IMG/VR virus record: IMGVR_UViG_3300042453_004434
Coordinates: 1-64,000 of that record
From: a virus
Length of the DNA: 64,000 bases
Direction: 5' to 3' (one strand)
Position 1 is the first letter of the stretch, and the number at the start of each line of letters is the position of its first letter. Shown here one piece after another: positions 20,584 through 28,569 of this stretch. The notes under the pieces are model-generated. The model saw only the letters and a program-made list of their open reading frames with translations, ran no database searches and was not told where the DNA came from. Both the position numbers and the translations under genes were made by a program.

Positions 20584-20634
20584 CTCGACAGTGTGAACGC
20601 TGTCCAGGTCTGAAAAAAATCTGTGCAGAAGTTG

Positions 20635-20663
20635 TTGACGGATCGGCGTCCGTCCTGTAGGCT
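20635..20663 (+). promoter_or_regulatory. sigma70-type early promoter, repeated with variants before most cassette genes
   Basis: TTGACG-N17-TAGGCT, with the ATG 9 nt after the -10. Confidence 0.8.
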
Positions 20664-20672
20664 ATAGCCACA

Positions 20673-20798
20673 ATGAATCACGACAAGAGCCTCCTCGAAA
20701 AAGTCAACGACACCATCGTTATCTTCACCGTGACGGTCTTCTACTGCATCCCTTTCTTCGGCATGGGCTACGGTATCGGTACCGGAATCTTCGGCTGA
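20673..20798 (+). CDS. 41-aa single-TM peptide, copy 1
   Basis: MNHDKSLLEKVNDTIVIFTVTVFYCIPFFGMGYGIGTGIFG directly after the promoter; three copies. Confidence 0.75.
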   Translation: MNHDKSLLEKVNDTIVIFTVTVFYCIPFFGMGYGIGTGIFG

Positions 20799-20854
20799 AA
20801 CTCTGCACAGAAGTTGTTGACACCCTGAACTCCAACCTGTAAGCTGTAAGCACA

Positions 20855-21073
20855 ATGAAACACGAAATGACAGTGACTCTGAACAACATCCGCGTTGGCG
20901 ACATTATTCCTGCCGGTTCCTTTGGTATGGGATTCGATGACGTGACGGTTACCGAGATCGGTCCTGACGAGGACTATGGAAACACGATGCGGATCGTGGT
21001 TGTCGGCCCGAAGGGTCGGAGCATCTACTGCCGATCCTTCGGCGGTCGAGACATCACCGTGATCCGCAACTGA
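20855..21073 (+). CDS. small early protein (SH3-like beta barrel)
   Basis: own TTGACA-N17-TAAGCT promoter; 72 aa. Confidence 0.75.
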   Translation: MKHEMTVTLNNIRVGDIIPAGSFGMGFDDVTVTEIGPDEDYGNTMRIVVVGPKGRSIYCRSFGGRDITVIRN

Positions 21074-21117
21074 AAAGACCGGTTGACAAGGGTCAAATAC
21101 CTGATACCTTTTGACGC

Positions 21118-21276
21118 ATGAACAACGAATTGCTCGATCCTCAGTCTGAAGTCCAATCGCTCGCCGTTGTCTCAACGGAAGAGCTTCCCGGCTACGCGGA
21201 GTGGCTTGCCGAGTGTGAGGCTCAACTGGATCCCGATTGGATCTCAAGCTGGGCCAAACACTTGGGCGAATACTGA
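21118..21276 (+). CDS. 52-aa acidic peptide, paralog 1
   Basis: MNNELLDPQSEVQSLAVVSTEELPGYAEWLAECEAQLDPDWISSWAKHLGEY after a TTGACA promoter. Confidence 0.7.
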   Translation: MNNELLDPQSEVQSLAVVSTEELPGYAEWLAECEAQLDPDWISSWAKHLGEY

Positions 21277-21381
21277 AAACAATCTTCGTGCCAAGTGAAG
21301 CTTGGCATGAAACTTGTTTCCTGAAAAATCTGCACAGAAGTTGTTGACGGATCGGCGTCCGTCCTGTAGGCTATAGCCACA

Positions 21382-21507
21382 ATGAATCACGACAAGAGCC
21401 TCCTCGAAAAAGTCAGCGACACCATCGTTATCTTCACCGTGACGGTCTTCTACTGCATCCCTTTCTTCGGCATGGGCTACGGTATCGGCACCGGAATCTT
21501 CGGCTGA
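21382..21507 (+). CDS. 41-aa single-TM peptide, copy 2
   Basis: near-identical to 20673..20798 (N12S). Confidence 0.75.
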   Translation: MNHDKSLLEKVSDTIVIFTVTVFYCIPFFGMGYGIGTGIFG

Positions 21508-21563
21508 AACTCTGCACAGAAGTTGTTGACACCCTGAACTCCAACCTGTAAGCTGTAAGCACA

Positions 21564-21740
21564 ATGAATACGGAAAACGAAAACATGATCAAGGTTGACG
21601 GTGACATCGATGGTTGCGACATGATCGACATGCTCGAAGAACAAGACTATCGGAACATGAACTCTTCTGAAGCTTCCCCTTCTTACTTGTGGTGTCACGA
21701 TCAAGAGAAAGGTGAGCAGGAAGGTTTCTTCAAAAACTGA
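21564..21740 (+). CDS. 58-aa acidic peptide
   Basis: MNTENENMIKVDGDIDGCDMIDMLEEQDY...FFKN, behind a promoter identical to that of 20855. Confidence 0.7.
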   Translation: MNTENENMIKVDGDIDGCDMIDMLEEQDYRNMNSSEASPSYLWCHDQEKGEQEGFFKN

Positions 21741-21788
21741 ACGAAACTTGTTGACGGATCGGCATCCCTCCTGTAAGCTGTAGGCACA

Positions 21789-21944
21789 ATGAACAACGAA
21801 CTTCTCGATCCGCAGTCTGAAGTCCAATCGCTCGCCGTTGTCTCAACGGAGGAAATTGAGAGCAACGACAAGTGGTTTGCCGAGTGTGATGCAGAACGAG
21901 ACGAATGGGAGTGGGAAGATCTTCAGCAAATGGCCGAAGACTAA
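21789..21944 (+). CDS. 51-aa acidic peptide, paralog 2
   Basis: first 22 aa identical to the 21118 peptide; divergent, very acidic C-terminus. Confidence 0.7.
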   Translation: MNNELLDPQSEVQSLAVVSTEEIESNDKWFAECDAERDEWEWEDLQQMAED

Positions 21945-21988
21945 GAGCAACTCCCGTGCCAAGTGAAGCTTGGCATGAAACTTGCTGT

Positions 21989-22045
21989 GGGGCCCCTCCT
22001 TCTGTAAGTCCTTGATACTGAGGGACTTACAGAAGCGGAGGTCCC
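21989..22045. repeat. 57-bp palindromic core R1
   Basis: GGGGCCCC...GTAAGTCCTTGATACTGAGGGACTTAC...degenerate right box. Confidence 0.9.
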
Positions 22046-22162
22046 CTAGCAACTATCGTGCCAACACAGATTTTCCAGGCGATTGGCATGAAACTTGTTT
22101 CCTGAAAAATCTGCACAGAAGTTGTTGACGGATCGGCGTCCGTCCTGTAGGCTATAGCCACA

Positions 22163-22288
22163 ATGAATCACGACAAGAGCCTCCTCGAAAAAGTCAGCGA
22201 CACCATCGTTATCTTCACCGTGACGGTCTTCTACTGCATCCCTTTCTTCGGCATGGGCTACGGTATCGGCACCGGAATCTTCGGTTGA
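22163..22288 (+). CDS. 41-aa single-TM peptide, copy 3
   Basis: same peptide as copy 2, same promoter. Confidence 0.75.
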   Translation: MNHDKSLLEKVSDTIVIFTVTVFYCIPFFGMGYGIGTGIFG

Positions 22289-22328
22289 AAATCTCCTAAT
22301 AGCGGATCCTTGGCATGGGTCTTGCTAT

Positions 22329-22385
22329 GGGGCCCCTCCTTGCGTAAGTCCTTGATACTGAGAGACTTACAGAAGGTGGGGCCCC
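22329..22385. repeat. 57-bp palindromic core R2
   Basis: GGGGCCCC-N41-GGGGCCCC. Confidence 0.9.
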
Positions 22386-22547
22386 GTAGCAATCTTCGTG
22401 CCAACTTGATCTTGGCATGACTTCTGCTCCCCCAGCAACCTTCGTGCCAAGAGCTATTGTCCAGGCGATTGGCATGAAACTTGTTTCTAGAAAATCGTAT
22501 ACAGAAGTATTGACCAGGAACGAGCCGCCCTGTAGGCTAGGGCCACA

Positions 22548-22736
22548 ATGAAAACGCAGTACGTCACCTTCACCAACAAGTCTGGCAATCGCCTCACGAT
22601 CCCCACCCGCGTGTCCTTTTCCAAGTCTGGGCAGCCGCTCTCGGCTTACCCTCAAGATTTGAAGGCCGACGATATGTGGCACTACACGATGGCAGTTCAA
22701 TCTCAAATTGGATTTGTTACTGTTCGTTGGGGCTGA
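22548..22736 (+). CDS. small early protein
   Basis: ATG 9 nt after TTGACC-N17-TAGGCT. Confidence 0.7.
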   Translation: MKTQYVTFTNKSGNRLTIPTRVSFSKSGQPLSAYPQDLKADDMWHYTMAVQSQIGFVTVRWG

Positions 22737-22784
22737 TACTTAATTCTCTTTTAATAACAACATAACATAACAATACAACACAAT

Positions 22785-22997
22785 ATGGATAACGGTGTTA
22801 AATATCTTGTAAATGCAGATGACTTTGTTTCAACTCGTATTGCTTTGCAGAATGCGAAATTGAATATTGCAGAATTGATTGCGGTTTATCAATTAACTTC
22901 TCCAAGTTCAAATATCGATTCTCTCATTCGGCAGAAGAATGAATTGGATGCTTTGTTGAATAAACTTGATTATCATAATCTCAACTTGTCTCGTTAA
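22785..22997 (+). CDS. small helical protein, distant paralog of 25309 and 26338
   Basis: CA-rich leader; similar ELxxLLxKxxY C-terminus. Confidence 0.6.
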   Translation: MDNGVKYLVNADDFVSTRIALQNAKLNIAELIAVYQLTSPSSNIDSLIRQKNELDALLNKLDYHNLNLSR

Positions 22998-23173
22998 TAT
23001 ATATATGCATATCAATGTTAATTGCTTTGTTCGTTTTGATAATGAATGGTTTGTTGTTGAACAGATATGTTCAGAATCAATTCGAGTAAGAAATGTGGAT
23101 AATGGATGTTCAAATTGGGCATTTATATATGAAATTGATGAAGTTAAATATGTAAATTGAAATAATATATATA

Positions 23174-23291
23174 TACCAATTTGTATATATATGGTTCAGA
23201 TTTGAATCAATATAGTTCAGATTTGAATGAATATGATTCAAATTTGAATCAATTTGATTCCAATTTGCTCAATTATCGCTCAAATTTGTAA
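23174..23291. repeat. six phased 21-bp AT-rich repeats
   Basis: TTCA(G/A)ATTTGAAT-like units at 23174, 23195, 23216, 23237, 23258 and 23279. Confidence 0.75.
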
Positions 23292-23357
23292 ATAAATAGT
23301 TCAATTAAATAGAAAGCAAGAAACGTGCCAATCTGCACTTGGCATGACTCTTGCTAT

Positions 23358-23414
23358 GGGGCCCCACCTTACGTAAGTCGTTGATACTGAGGGACTTACA
23401 AAAAGAGGGGCCCC
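23358..23414. repeat. 57-bp palindromic core R3
   Basis: GGGGCCCC-N41-GGGGCCCC. Confidence 0.9.
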
Positions 23415-23520
23415 CCAGCAATGTTCGTGCCAAACTCAAAAAACCAGGTGATTTTTTCTGACGAAAATCTGCACAGAAGTTGTTGACGCATCGGCGTCCA
23501 TCCTGTAGGCTGTAGCCACA

Positions 23521-23697
23521 ATGAAACACGAAATGCAAATCAAGATCCTCTGGCACGTTCTCACTCTCAGCAAGCCCGGCTTCCTTTGGAAGTTCGAGTG
23601 CGAAGTCTCCGATGAGACGGAGGCTGAAGAAATCGCCCAGTACATCCGCGACACCACCACGAACGCCGGAGTGAAGGTTGTCGAAGTTTGGGTGTAA
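23521..23697 (+). CDS. 58-aa early protein
   Basis: MKHEMQIKILWHVLTLSKPGFLWKFECEVSDETEAEEIAQYIRD...; own promoter; first five codons shared with 20855. Confidence 0.7.
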   Translation: MKHEMQIKILWHVLTLSKPGFLWKFECEVSDETEAEEIAQYIRDTTTNAGVKVVEVWV

Positions 23698-23738
23698 ATA
23701 CTAGTTGACCATTGCTAATCTCTTGCTAATCTAATCCT

Positions 23739-24116
23739 ATGCGAAAATTACTTGCTATCCTGCTCGTCTCGTTCTCTGTCTCTGCTGCCGATCTCAACGC
23801 CTTTCTCGATGCTGTCGCGAAGGTCGAGAGCAGCAACAATCCGAAGGCCGTCAACAAGAAAGAAAGCGCTTTCGGCCTATACCAAATCCGCCCCGCGTAC
23901 TTCAAAGACTCGGGCGTGAAGGCAAAGCATGGCGACGTTTTCAAGCCTGACGTAGCCAAGAAGGTGGTGCTCGCCTACTTCCAGAAATATGAGCCCACTG
24001 CATTGAAAAACCTTGACTTTGAGACTCTCGCTCGTTGTCACAATGGTGGGTGTGGTTGGCGCAGGAACAAGTCAGCTACCAATGGCTACTGGCAGAAAGT
24101 GAAAAAGAATCTTTGA
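23739..24116 (+). CDS. secreted lysozyme-like protein (i-type/destabilase-like or lytic transglycosylase)
   Basis: signal peptide, AKVESS catalytic Glu, GLYQI, ARCHNGG. Confidence 0.75.
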   Translation: MRKLLAILLVSFSVSAADLNAFLDAVAKVESSNNPKAVNKKESAFGLYQIRPAYFKDSGVKAKHGDVFKPDVAKKVVLAYFQKYEPTALKNLDFETLARCHNGGCGWRRNKSATNGYWQKVKKNL

Positions 24117-24146
24117 CACCCACAAAAAATCTGATACCTTTTTCTT

Positions 24147-24356
24147 ATGTCAGACTTAAAATTGATTGCAAATCTATTGAATAAATATGGGCGCAATTTC
24201 TTTGCTAAGTGTCCCAGATATAAAACGGCAAAATATAAAAATGAATATGTGAGTCTAATCAGTTTCGATACTAATGATTTGTATTTTTATATAGAGAAGA
24301 TTGATAAAAGCAGAGATTGTGTGAAAGTTACTGAATTAAATGATTTTGGATTGTAA
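24147..24356 (+). CDS. hypothetical protein
   Basis: own TTGACA promoter just upstream. Confidence 0.6.
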   Translation: MSDLKLIANLLNKYGRNFFAKCPRYKTAKYKNEYVSLISFDTNDLYFYIEKIDKSRDCVKVTELNDFGL

Positions 24357-24358
24357 AT

Positions 24359-24625
24359 ATGATTGCAACAATTAAACAAAACAAAATAGGCCATTTGCAC
24401 GTTTGGTTTGGCGATGTAAATATCATCGAAGTCAGTAAATACAATTATCTTTCTAATGGTAAAGAAAGTGATTTATATATACAAAACAAAAAAGATATTG
24501 AATGTTTTTTAGATGATATAAATAGTGATGACGCCAAAATGATTTGTGATGGTTATACTGTAAAGACAGAAGTGTTTGATGAATACGCTGAAATGATAAA
24601 TAAAGCAATTTTCGTGCCAACCTAG
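24359..24625 (+). CDS. hypothetical protein; its last codons lie in the R4 flank
   Basis: 88-aa ORF ending in a sigma54-motif repeat (KAIFVPT*). Confidence 0.6.
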   Translation: MIATIKQNKIGHLHVWFGDVNIIEVSKYNYLSNGKESDLYIQNKKDIECFLDDINSDDAKMICDGYTVKTEVFDEYAEMINKAIFVPT

Positions 24626-24645
24626 ACTTGGCATGGGACTTGCTT

Positions 24646-24702
24646 GGGGCCCCTCCTTGCGTAAGTCGTTGATACTGAGGGACTTACAGAAGGTGGGGCC
24701 CC
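24646..24702. repeat. 57-bp palindromic core R4
   Basis: GGGGCCCC-N41-GGGGCCCC. Confidence 0.9.
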
Positions 24703-24861
24703 GTAGCAACTATAGTGCCAACATGATCTTGGCATGATTTTTGCCCCAGCAATCTTCGTGCCAACAGTGATTTTCCAGGCGATTGGCATGAAACTTGTTT
24801 CTGAAAATATCTGTGCAGAAGTATTGACCAGGAACCAGCCTTCCGATAGGCTATAGCCACA

Positions 24862-25083
24862 ATGAAGGCCACAATGAATACAAACAACTATCCGTCAGTT
24901 ACGATCACTTTCTGCGAAACCCAAATCGAAGTTTGGTATCGCGTTTCTCTTTCTAACAATGTTTTCATCATGGAGATGAAACCAGTTGATAATGTTTCAA
25001 TAGAAGATTGGGATTGGATTTGTTCTCGGGCAAAGCATTATGAACAAATCGAAGAGTTGATTGCATTTGAAATTAACAATTAA
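24862..25083 (+). CDS. small early protein, paralog of 26052
   Basis: NNYPSVTITFCETQIEVWYRVSLS shared with 26052. Confidence 0.75.
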   Translation: MKATMNTNNYPSVTITFCETQIEVWYRVSLSNNVFIMEMKPVDNVSIEDWDWICSRAKHYEQIEELIAFEINN

Positions 25084-25097
25084 TAATAATAACACAT

Positions 25098-25250
25098 ATG
25101 GACAACAATATTGAAATTGGATTGGCGCAGATTGAAGTTGAGGAAGTGATTACTGAAGATTCAAATCCGACTTGGCCTGATGACAGCAACAACAACATGG
25201 ATCAATATCTAAGTTTGGAAGCGGCAACTGAAATCATGTTTCCTTTCTAA
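25098..25250 (+). CDS. 50-aa acidic peptide ending in FPF
   Basis: MDNNIEIGLAQIEVEEVITEDSNPTWPDDSNNNMDQYLSLEAATEIMFPF; CA-rich leader. Confidence 0.6.
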   Translation: MDNNIEIGLAQIEVEEVITEDSNPTWPDDSNNNMDQYLSLEAATEIMFPF

Positions 25251-25308
25251 TGTACATTTTACTAATCATCTGCATTGTCATTGTACTAATAAATAAAACA
25301 AACAACAT

Positions 25309-25533
25309 ATGAGTGAACATAAATACGCTTTTAACTATGTAATCGATCCGCGCAAATTGATTAGTTTGCACGTTGCGGTTGAACTTCTAATTGTCAGGCT
25401 GGAAGAGCAGATTAAGAAAGAAGAATTGAGTAATGAGTCTTACTTTTCTAAATATAAACAAGAATTGGAGCAATTACTAATTGATACTGACTATTCCAAT
25501 TTGAAATATGCTAATACGACAAATGTAAACTAA
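25309..25533 (+). CDS. small protein, paralog of 26338
   Basis: MSEHK...LHVA...SKYK.EL.QLL shared with 26338. Confidence 0.75.
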   Translation: MSEHKYAFNYVIDPRKLISLHVAVELLIVRLEEQIKKEELSNESYFSKYKQELEQLLIDTDYSNLKYANTTNVN

Positions 25534-25583
25534 TAACCTGAGCAGGAACCGTGCCAACTGAGGGTTGGCATGGAACTTGCTGT

Positions 25584-25640
25584 GGGGCCCCACCTTGCGT
25601 AAGTCCTTGATACTGAGGGACTTACAGAAGCGGGGGTCCC
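25584..25640. repeat. 57-bp palindromic core R5
   Basis: GGGGCCCC-N41-GGGGTCCC. Confidence 0.9.
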
Positions 25641-25817
25641 CAAAAAAATCAAGAGGTTTTTTTCGGTATTTTCCAGGTACTTGGCATGACTTCTGCTCCC
25701 CCAGCAATCTTCGTGCCAACAGCGATTGTCCAGGCGATTGGCATGAAACTTGTTTCCTGAAAAATCTGTCTGGAAGATGTTGACGGATCGGCGTCCATCA
25801 TGTAGGCTATAGCCACA

Positions 25818-26027
25818 ATGAAGGACGACATGAGTACAGAACACATCAGAGTTACAGACTACGAAATCGACGACGACGGCGCACTATACGTCACCGAGGC
25901 GTTCGACAGCAACGCCAACCGTCTTCTGAACTGGAACGAGATTCGTGATCTCAATGCCAATGTTGAGTTTATGGAAAACTTCAGCGAACAGCGCGTCGCA
26001 TTTTACGACGAAGAATACAACGCCTAA
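25818..26027 (+). CDS. small acidic early protein
   Basis: ATG 9 nt after TTGACG-N17-TAGGCT. Confidence 0.7.
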   Translation: MKDDMSTEHIRVTDYEIDDDGALYVTEAFDSNANRLLNWNEIRDLNANVEFMENFSEQRVAFYDEEYNA

Positions 26028-26051
26028 CAATTAACAATAACAACACACACA

Positions 26052-26270
26052 ATGAATAGAAATAACTATCCTTCAGTAATAATAACTTTCTGCGAAACTG
26101 AGCTTCAAGTTTGGTATCGCGTTTCTCTCTCCAAGGGCATTTGCATCATGGATATGGAAGCTCTTGACAAGAACATCTCCAAAGAAGATTGGAATTGGAT
26201 TTGTTCTGAAATCAAACATCATGAACAGATCGAACAAATAGTGGCTGATATTGTTAATAACGAATACTAA
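26052..26270 (+). CDS. small early protein, paralog of 24862
   Basis: clear sequence similarity to 24862. Confidence 0.75.
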   Translation: MNRNNYPSVIITFCETELQVWYRVSLSKGICIMDMEALDKNISKEDWNWICSEIKHHEQIEQIVADIVNNEY

Positions 26271-26337
26271 TACAATATAAAATTTTTAATTATCCTTTTG
26301 CTTCTTGCTTTTTTAATTCATACTAAATAAACAACAT

Positions 26338-26559
26338 ATGAGCGAACATAAACATTACTATAAATATATAATCAATCCTCCCGAGTTGGTTGCTTTGCAC
26401 GTTGCGGCTGAAATGTTAATTTCTAAACTTGATCAGCAAATAAAAGATCAAGAATTGGATAATAATTCTTTTGCTTCTAAATATAAATCAGAATTGCAAC
26501 AATTGCTAAACAAGACTCACTATTGCAATTTGGAACGCATCAATGCAAATGTAGATTAA
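26338..26559 (+). CDS. small protein, paralog of 25309
   Basis: clear sequence similarity to 25309. Confidence 0.75.
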   Translation: MSEHKHYYKYIINPPELVALHVAAEMLISKLDQQIKDQELDNNSFASKYKSELQQLLNKTHYCNLERINANVD

Positions 26560-26609
26560 TAAACTGAGCAAGACCCGTGCCAACCTGGACTTGGCACGAA
26601 ACTTGCTGT

Positions 26610-26666
26610 GGGGCCCCTCCTTGTGTAAGTCGTTGATAATCAAGGACTTACAAAAAGGGGGGCCCC
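26610..26666. repeat. 57-bp palindromic core R6
   Basis: centre GTAAGTCGTTGATAATCAAGGACTTAC holds two perfect WATCAANNNNTTR sites. Confidence 0.9.
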
Positions 26667-26807
26667 AAAAAAATCAAGAAATTTTTTTCGGTATTTTCCA
26701 GGCGCTTGGCACGGCTTCTGCTCCCCAGCAAGAGTCATGCCAACATCACAAAAAAGAAAAATGCAAAAAAAGCTTGTTGCCTCCCTTGTCAAGCCTAAGA
26801 TACTCGC

Positions 26808-26993
26808 ATGATTCATAACTGGATTCCCCGCAGCCTTCGATGGTCTGCTGACGAACGAAAACAGAAAGAAACGCAAGCTCGAAACGCTCGCGAAAACGCA
26901 AGGAAAATCTGGCTGGAAAAGGAAAAAACCAGGCAGCAAATTGAGCGCGAAATCTTGCAAAAAGTCCTTGCACGTCGGGCGCTCCTCGACTAG
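26808..26993 (+). CDS. small basic helical protein
   Basis: 61-aa ORF with a promoter-like upstream sequence. Confidence 0.55.
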   Translation: MIHNWIPRSLRWSADERKQKETQARNARENARKIWLEKEKTRQQIEREILQKVLARRALLD

Positions 26994-27005
26994 TCTCTTC
27001 TCAAC

Positions 27006-27635
27006 ATGAAACTTGCACAAGCGATTGAATACGTGGGCGGATTTTCCGCTCCCTCAAAAATGCCCTGTCATGGGTTCAGCATCCCGGCGCGGTATTGCAA
27101 AACGGGGCAGAAGCTCCGTGAAGTTGCTGGTAGCATCTGCTCTAAGTGCTACGCTCTGAAGGGACGATACGGTTTCCCGAACGTGCAGAACGCGCTCGAA
27201 AGGCGCTTCGCCAACCTGAAAAACGATCTGTGGGTTCAGGCCATGACGATTGCGATCCGGGGAACCGAGTCAAGCGGTTTCTTCAGGTGGCATGATTCCG
27301 GCGACATCCAAGATGTCGCGCATCTTGACAAAATCGTGCAGGTTGCTCGCAACCTGCCGGAAATCAAGTTCTGGCTGCCGACTCGGGAGTACGGTGTCGT
27401 TTCGGAATGGGTCAAGGCAAATGGTGCGTTGCCTGAAAATCTGACGATCAGGCTTTCGGCTCTGATGTTGGAAGGTCAACCTCCGGTTGGAATCGCCAAC
27501 CGATTGGGTTTGACAACCTCGGGAGTTTCAAAGACGGGTTTCACTTGTCCGTCTTCGGCTCAGGGGAACAAGTGCCTGACTTGTCGGGCCTGTTGGGACA
27601 AGTCCGTCCAAAACGTCAACTACAAAACTCACTGA
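27006..27635 (+). CDS. GP88-like protein (Cys-rich, radical-SAM-like phage family)
   Basis: SKMPC...C...CSKCYA, FRWHDSGD, FWLPTRE, C-terminal CP...CLTCRACWD. Confidence 0.8.
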   Translation: MKLAQAIEYVGGFSAPSKMPCHGFSIPARYCKTGQKLREVAGSICSKCYALKGRYGFPNVQNALERRFANLKNDLWVQAMTIAIRGTESSGFFRWHDSGDIQDVAHLDKIVQVARNLPEIKFWLPTREYGVVSEWVKANGALPENLTIRLSALMLEGQPPVGIANRLGLTTSGVSKTGFTCPSSAQGNKCLTCRACWDKSVQNVNYKTH

Positions 27636-27695
27636 AAAAATGTTGTTTCTGGTCTTGACGGTGGCGTTGCTTCTGGTAATCTGTTCTCAACAAAA

Positions 27696-27881
27696 ATGAA
27701 ATACGAATTGATTGTTGAAACCGAAGCCTGCACGTCTTTCTTTACTTTCCCGCACAATCGCGAAGGTTCAACGGCAGCTTTTGAAAAACTTGGATCCTTC
27801 ATCACAAAGGATGAGTTTAGATCCGCAAAAATCGTGAGCAATCGCGACAATGTGATTTTCGAGTTTCCTTCTAAAAACTAA
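27696..27881 (+). CDS. hypothetical protein
   Basis: own TTGACG-N17-TAATCT promoter. Confidence 0.6.
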   Translation: MKYELIVETEACTSFFTFPHNREGSTAAFEKLGSFITKDEFRSAKIVSNRDNVIFEFPSKN

Positions 27882-27895
27882 ACAAACAACATATC

Positions 27896-28141
27896 ATGCA
27901 CACAATTAAAAAGTACATTGCACCGTTTGAAGTTATCAATTATACTCGCGAAGACGGCAATCAAGCTGTATATAAAGTTTTCCGTCTTTCAAAGCATCTT
28001 TTTCGTAATAAAAAGAAAGACGAAAATAGAATTGTCGGTTTCAAAGCCTGGAAATTGGCAAATACCGGCGCAAATCAAAAAGCAGGTTGGCGCAGTTTTC
28101 GATTTGATCGAATTAATGAAATTGAGCTTGCTTTCTTTTAA
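27896..28141 (+). CDS. WYL-like/SH3-fold small protein
   Basis: INYTREDG...GWRSFRFDRI. Confidence 0.65.
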   Translation: MHTIKKYIAPFEVINYTREDGNQAVYKVFRLSKHLFRNKKKDENRIVGFKAWKLANTGANQKAGWRSFRFDRINEIELAFF

Positions 28142-28329
28142 TATAATTTTGTTGGAAAAAAGACGATAAAGCAATGGCATGGTGTGCAAGGAGATCTTGC
28201 AACGGGATTGTGTTATGGCCTATTGAAACACCATTGCTTTTTTAATTAAAAAAAATTAAAATAAATTAATAAATAAAAATAGCGCGAGCAATTTTCATGC
28301 CAACCGGCACTTGGCACGGCAATTGCTGT

Positions 28330-28386
28330 GGGGCCCCACCTTTTGTAAGTCGTTGATATTCAAGGACTTACGCAAGGAGGGGCCCC
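28330..28386. repeat. 57-bp palindromic core R7
   Basis: GGGGCCCC-N41-GGGGCCCC, followed by an extra IHF-like palindrome. Confidence 0.9.
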
Positions 28387-28569
28387 ATGCGTAAACCCTT
28401 GATAATCAAGGGGTTACAAAAGCTAAAACTCCAGGTTAACGGTAACTATCGAACTATTTATCTATTTATATATCACTATTTAGCTATTTGTATTTAACTA
28501 TTTAGCGATCACTATTTAAGTATTTAAATAAAAAACCCTCAATTTTTTAGATTGAGGGCGATTGTTTAT

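Noticed and set aside
20352-27020. Many minus-strand and repeat-spanning ORFs in the track (e.g. 20352..20855, 21244..21564, 25477..25719, 26591..26818)
   Set aside because: They are antisense shadows of GC-rich plus-strand genes or translations of the palindromic repeats (recurrent CKSLSIKDL); promoters support the short plus-strand ORFs instead
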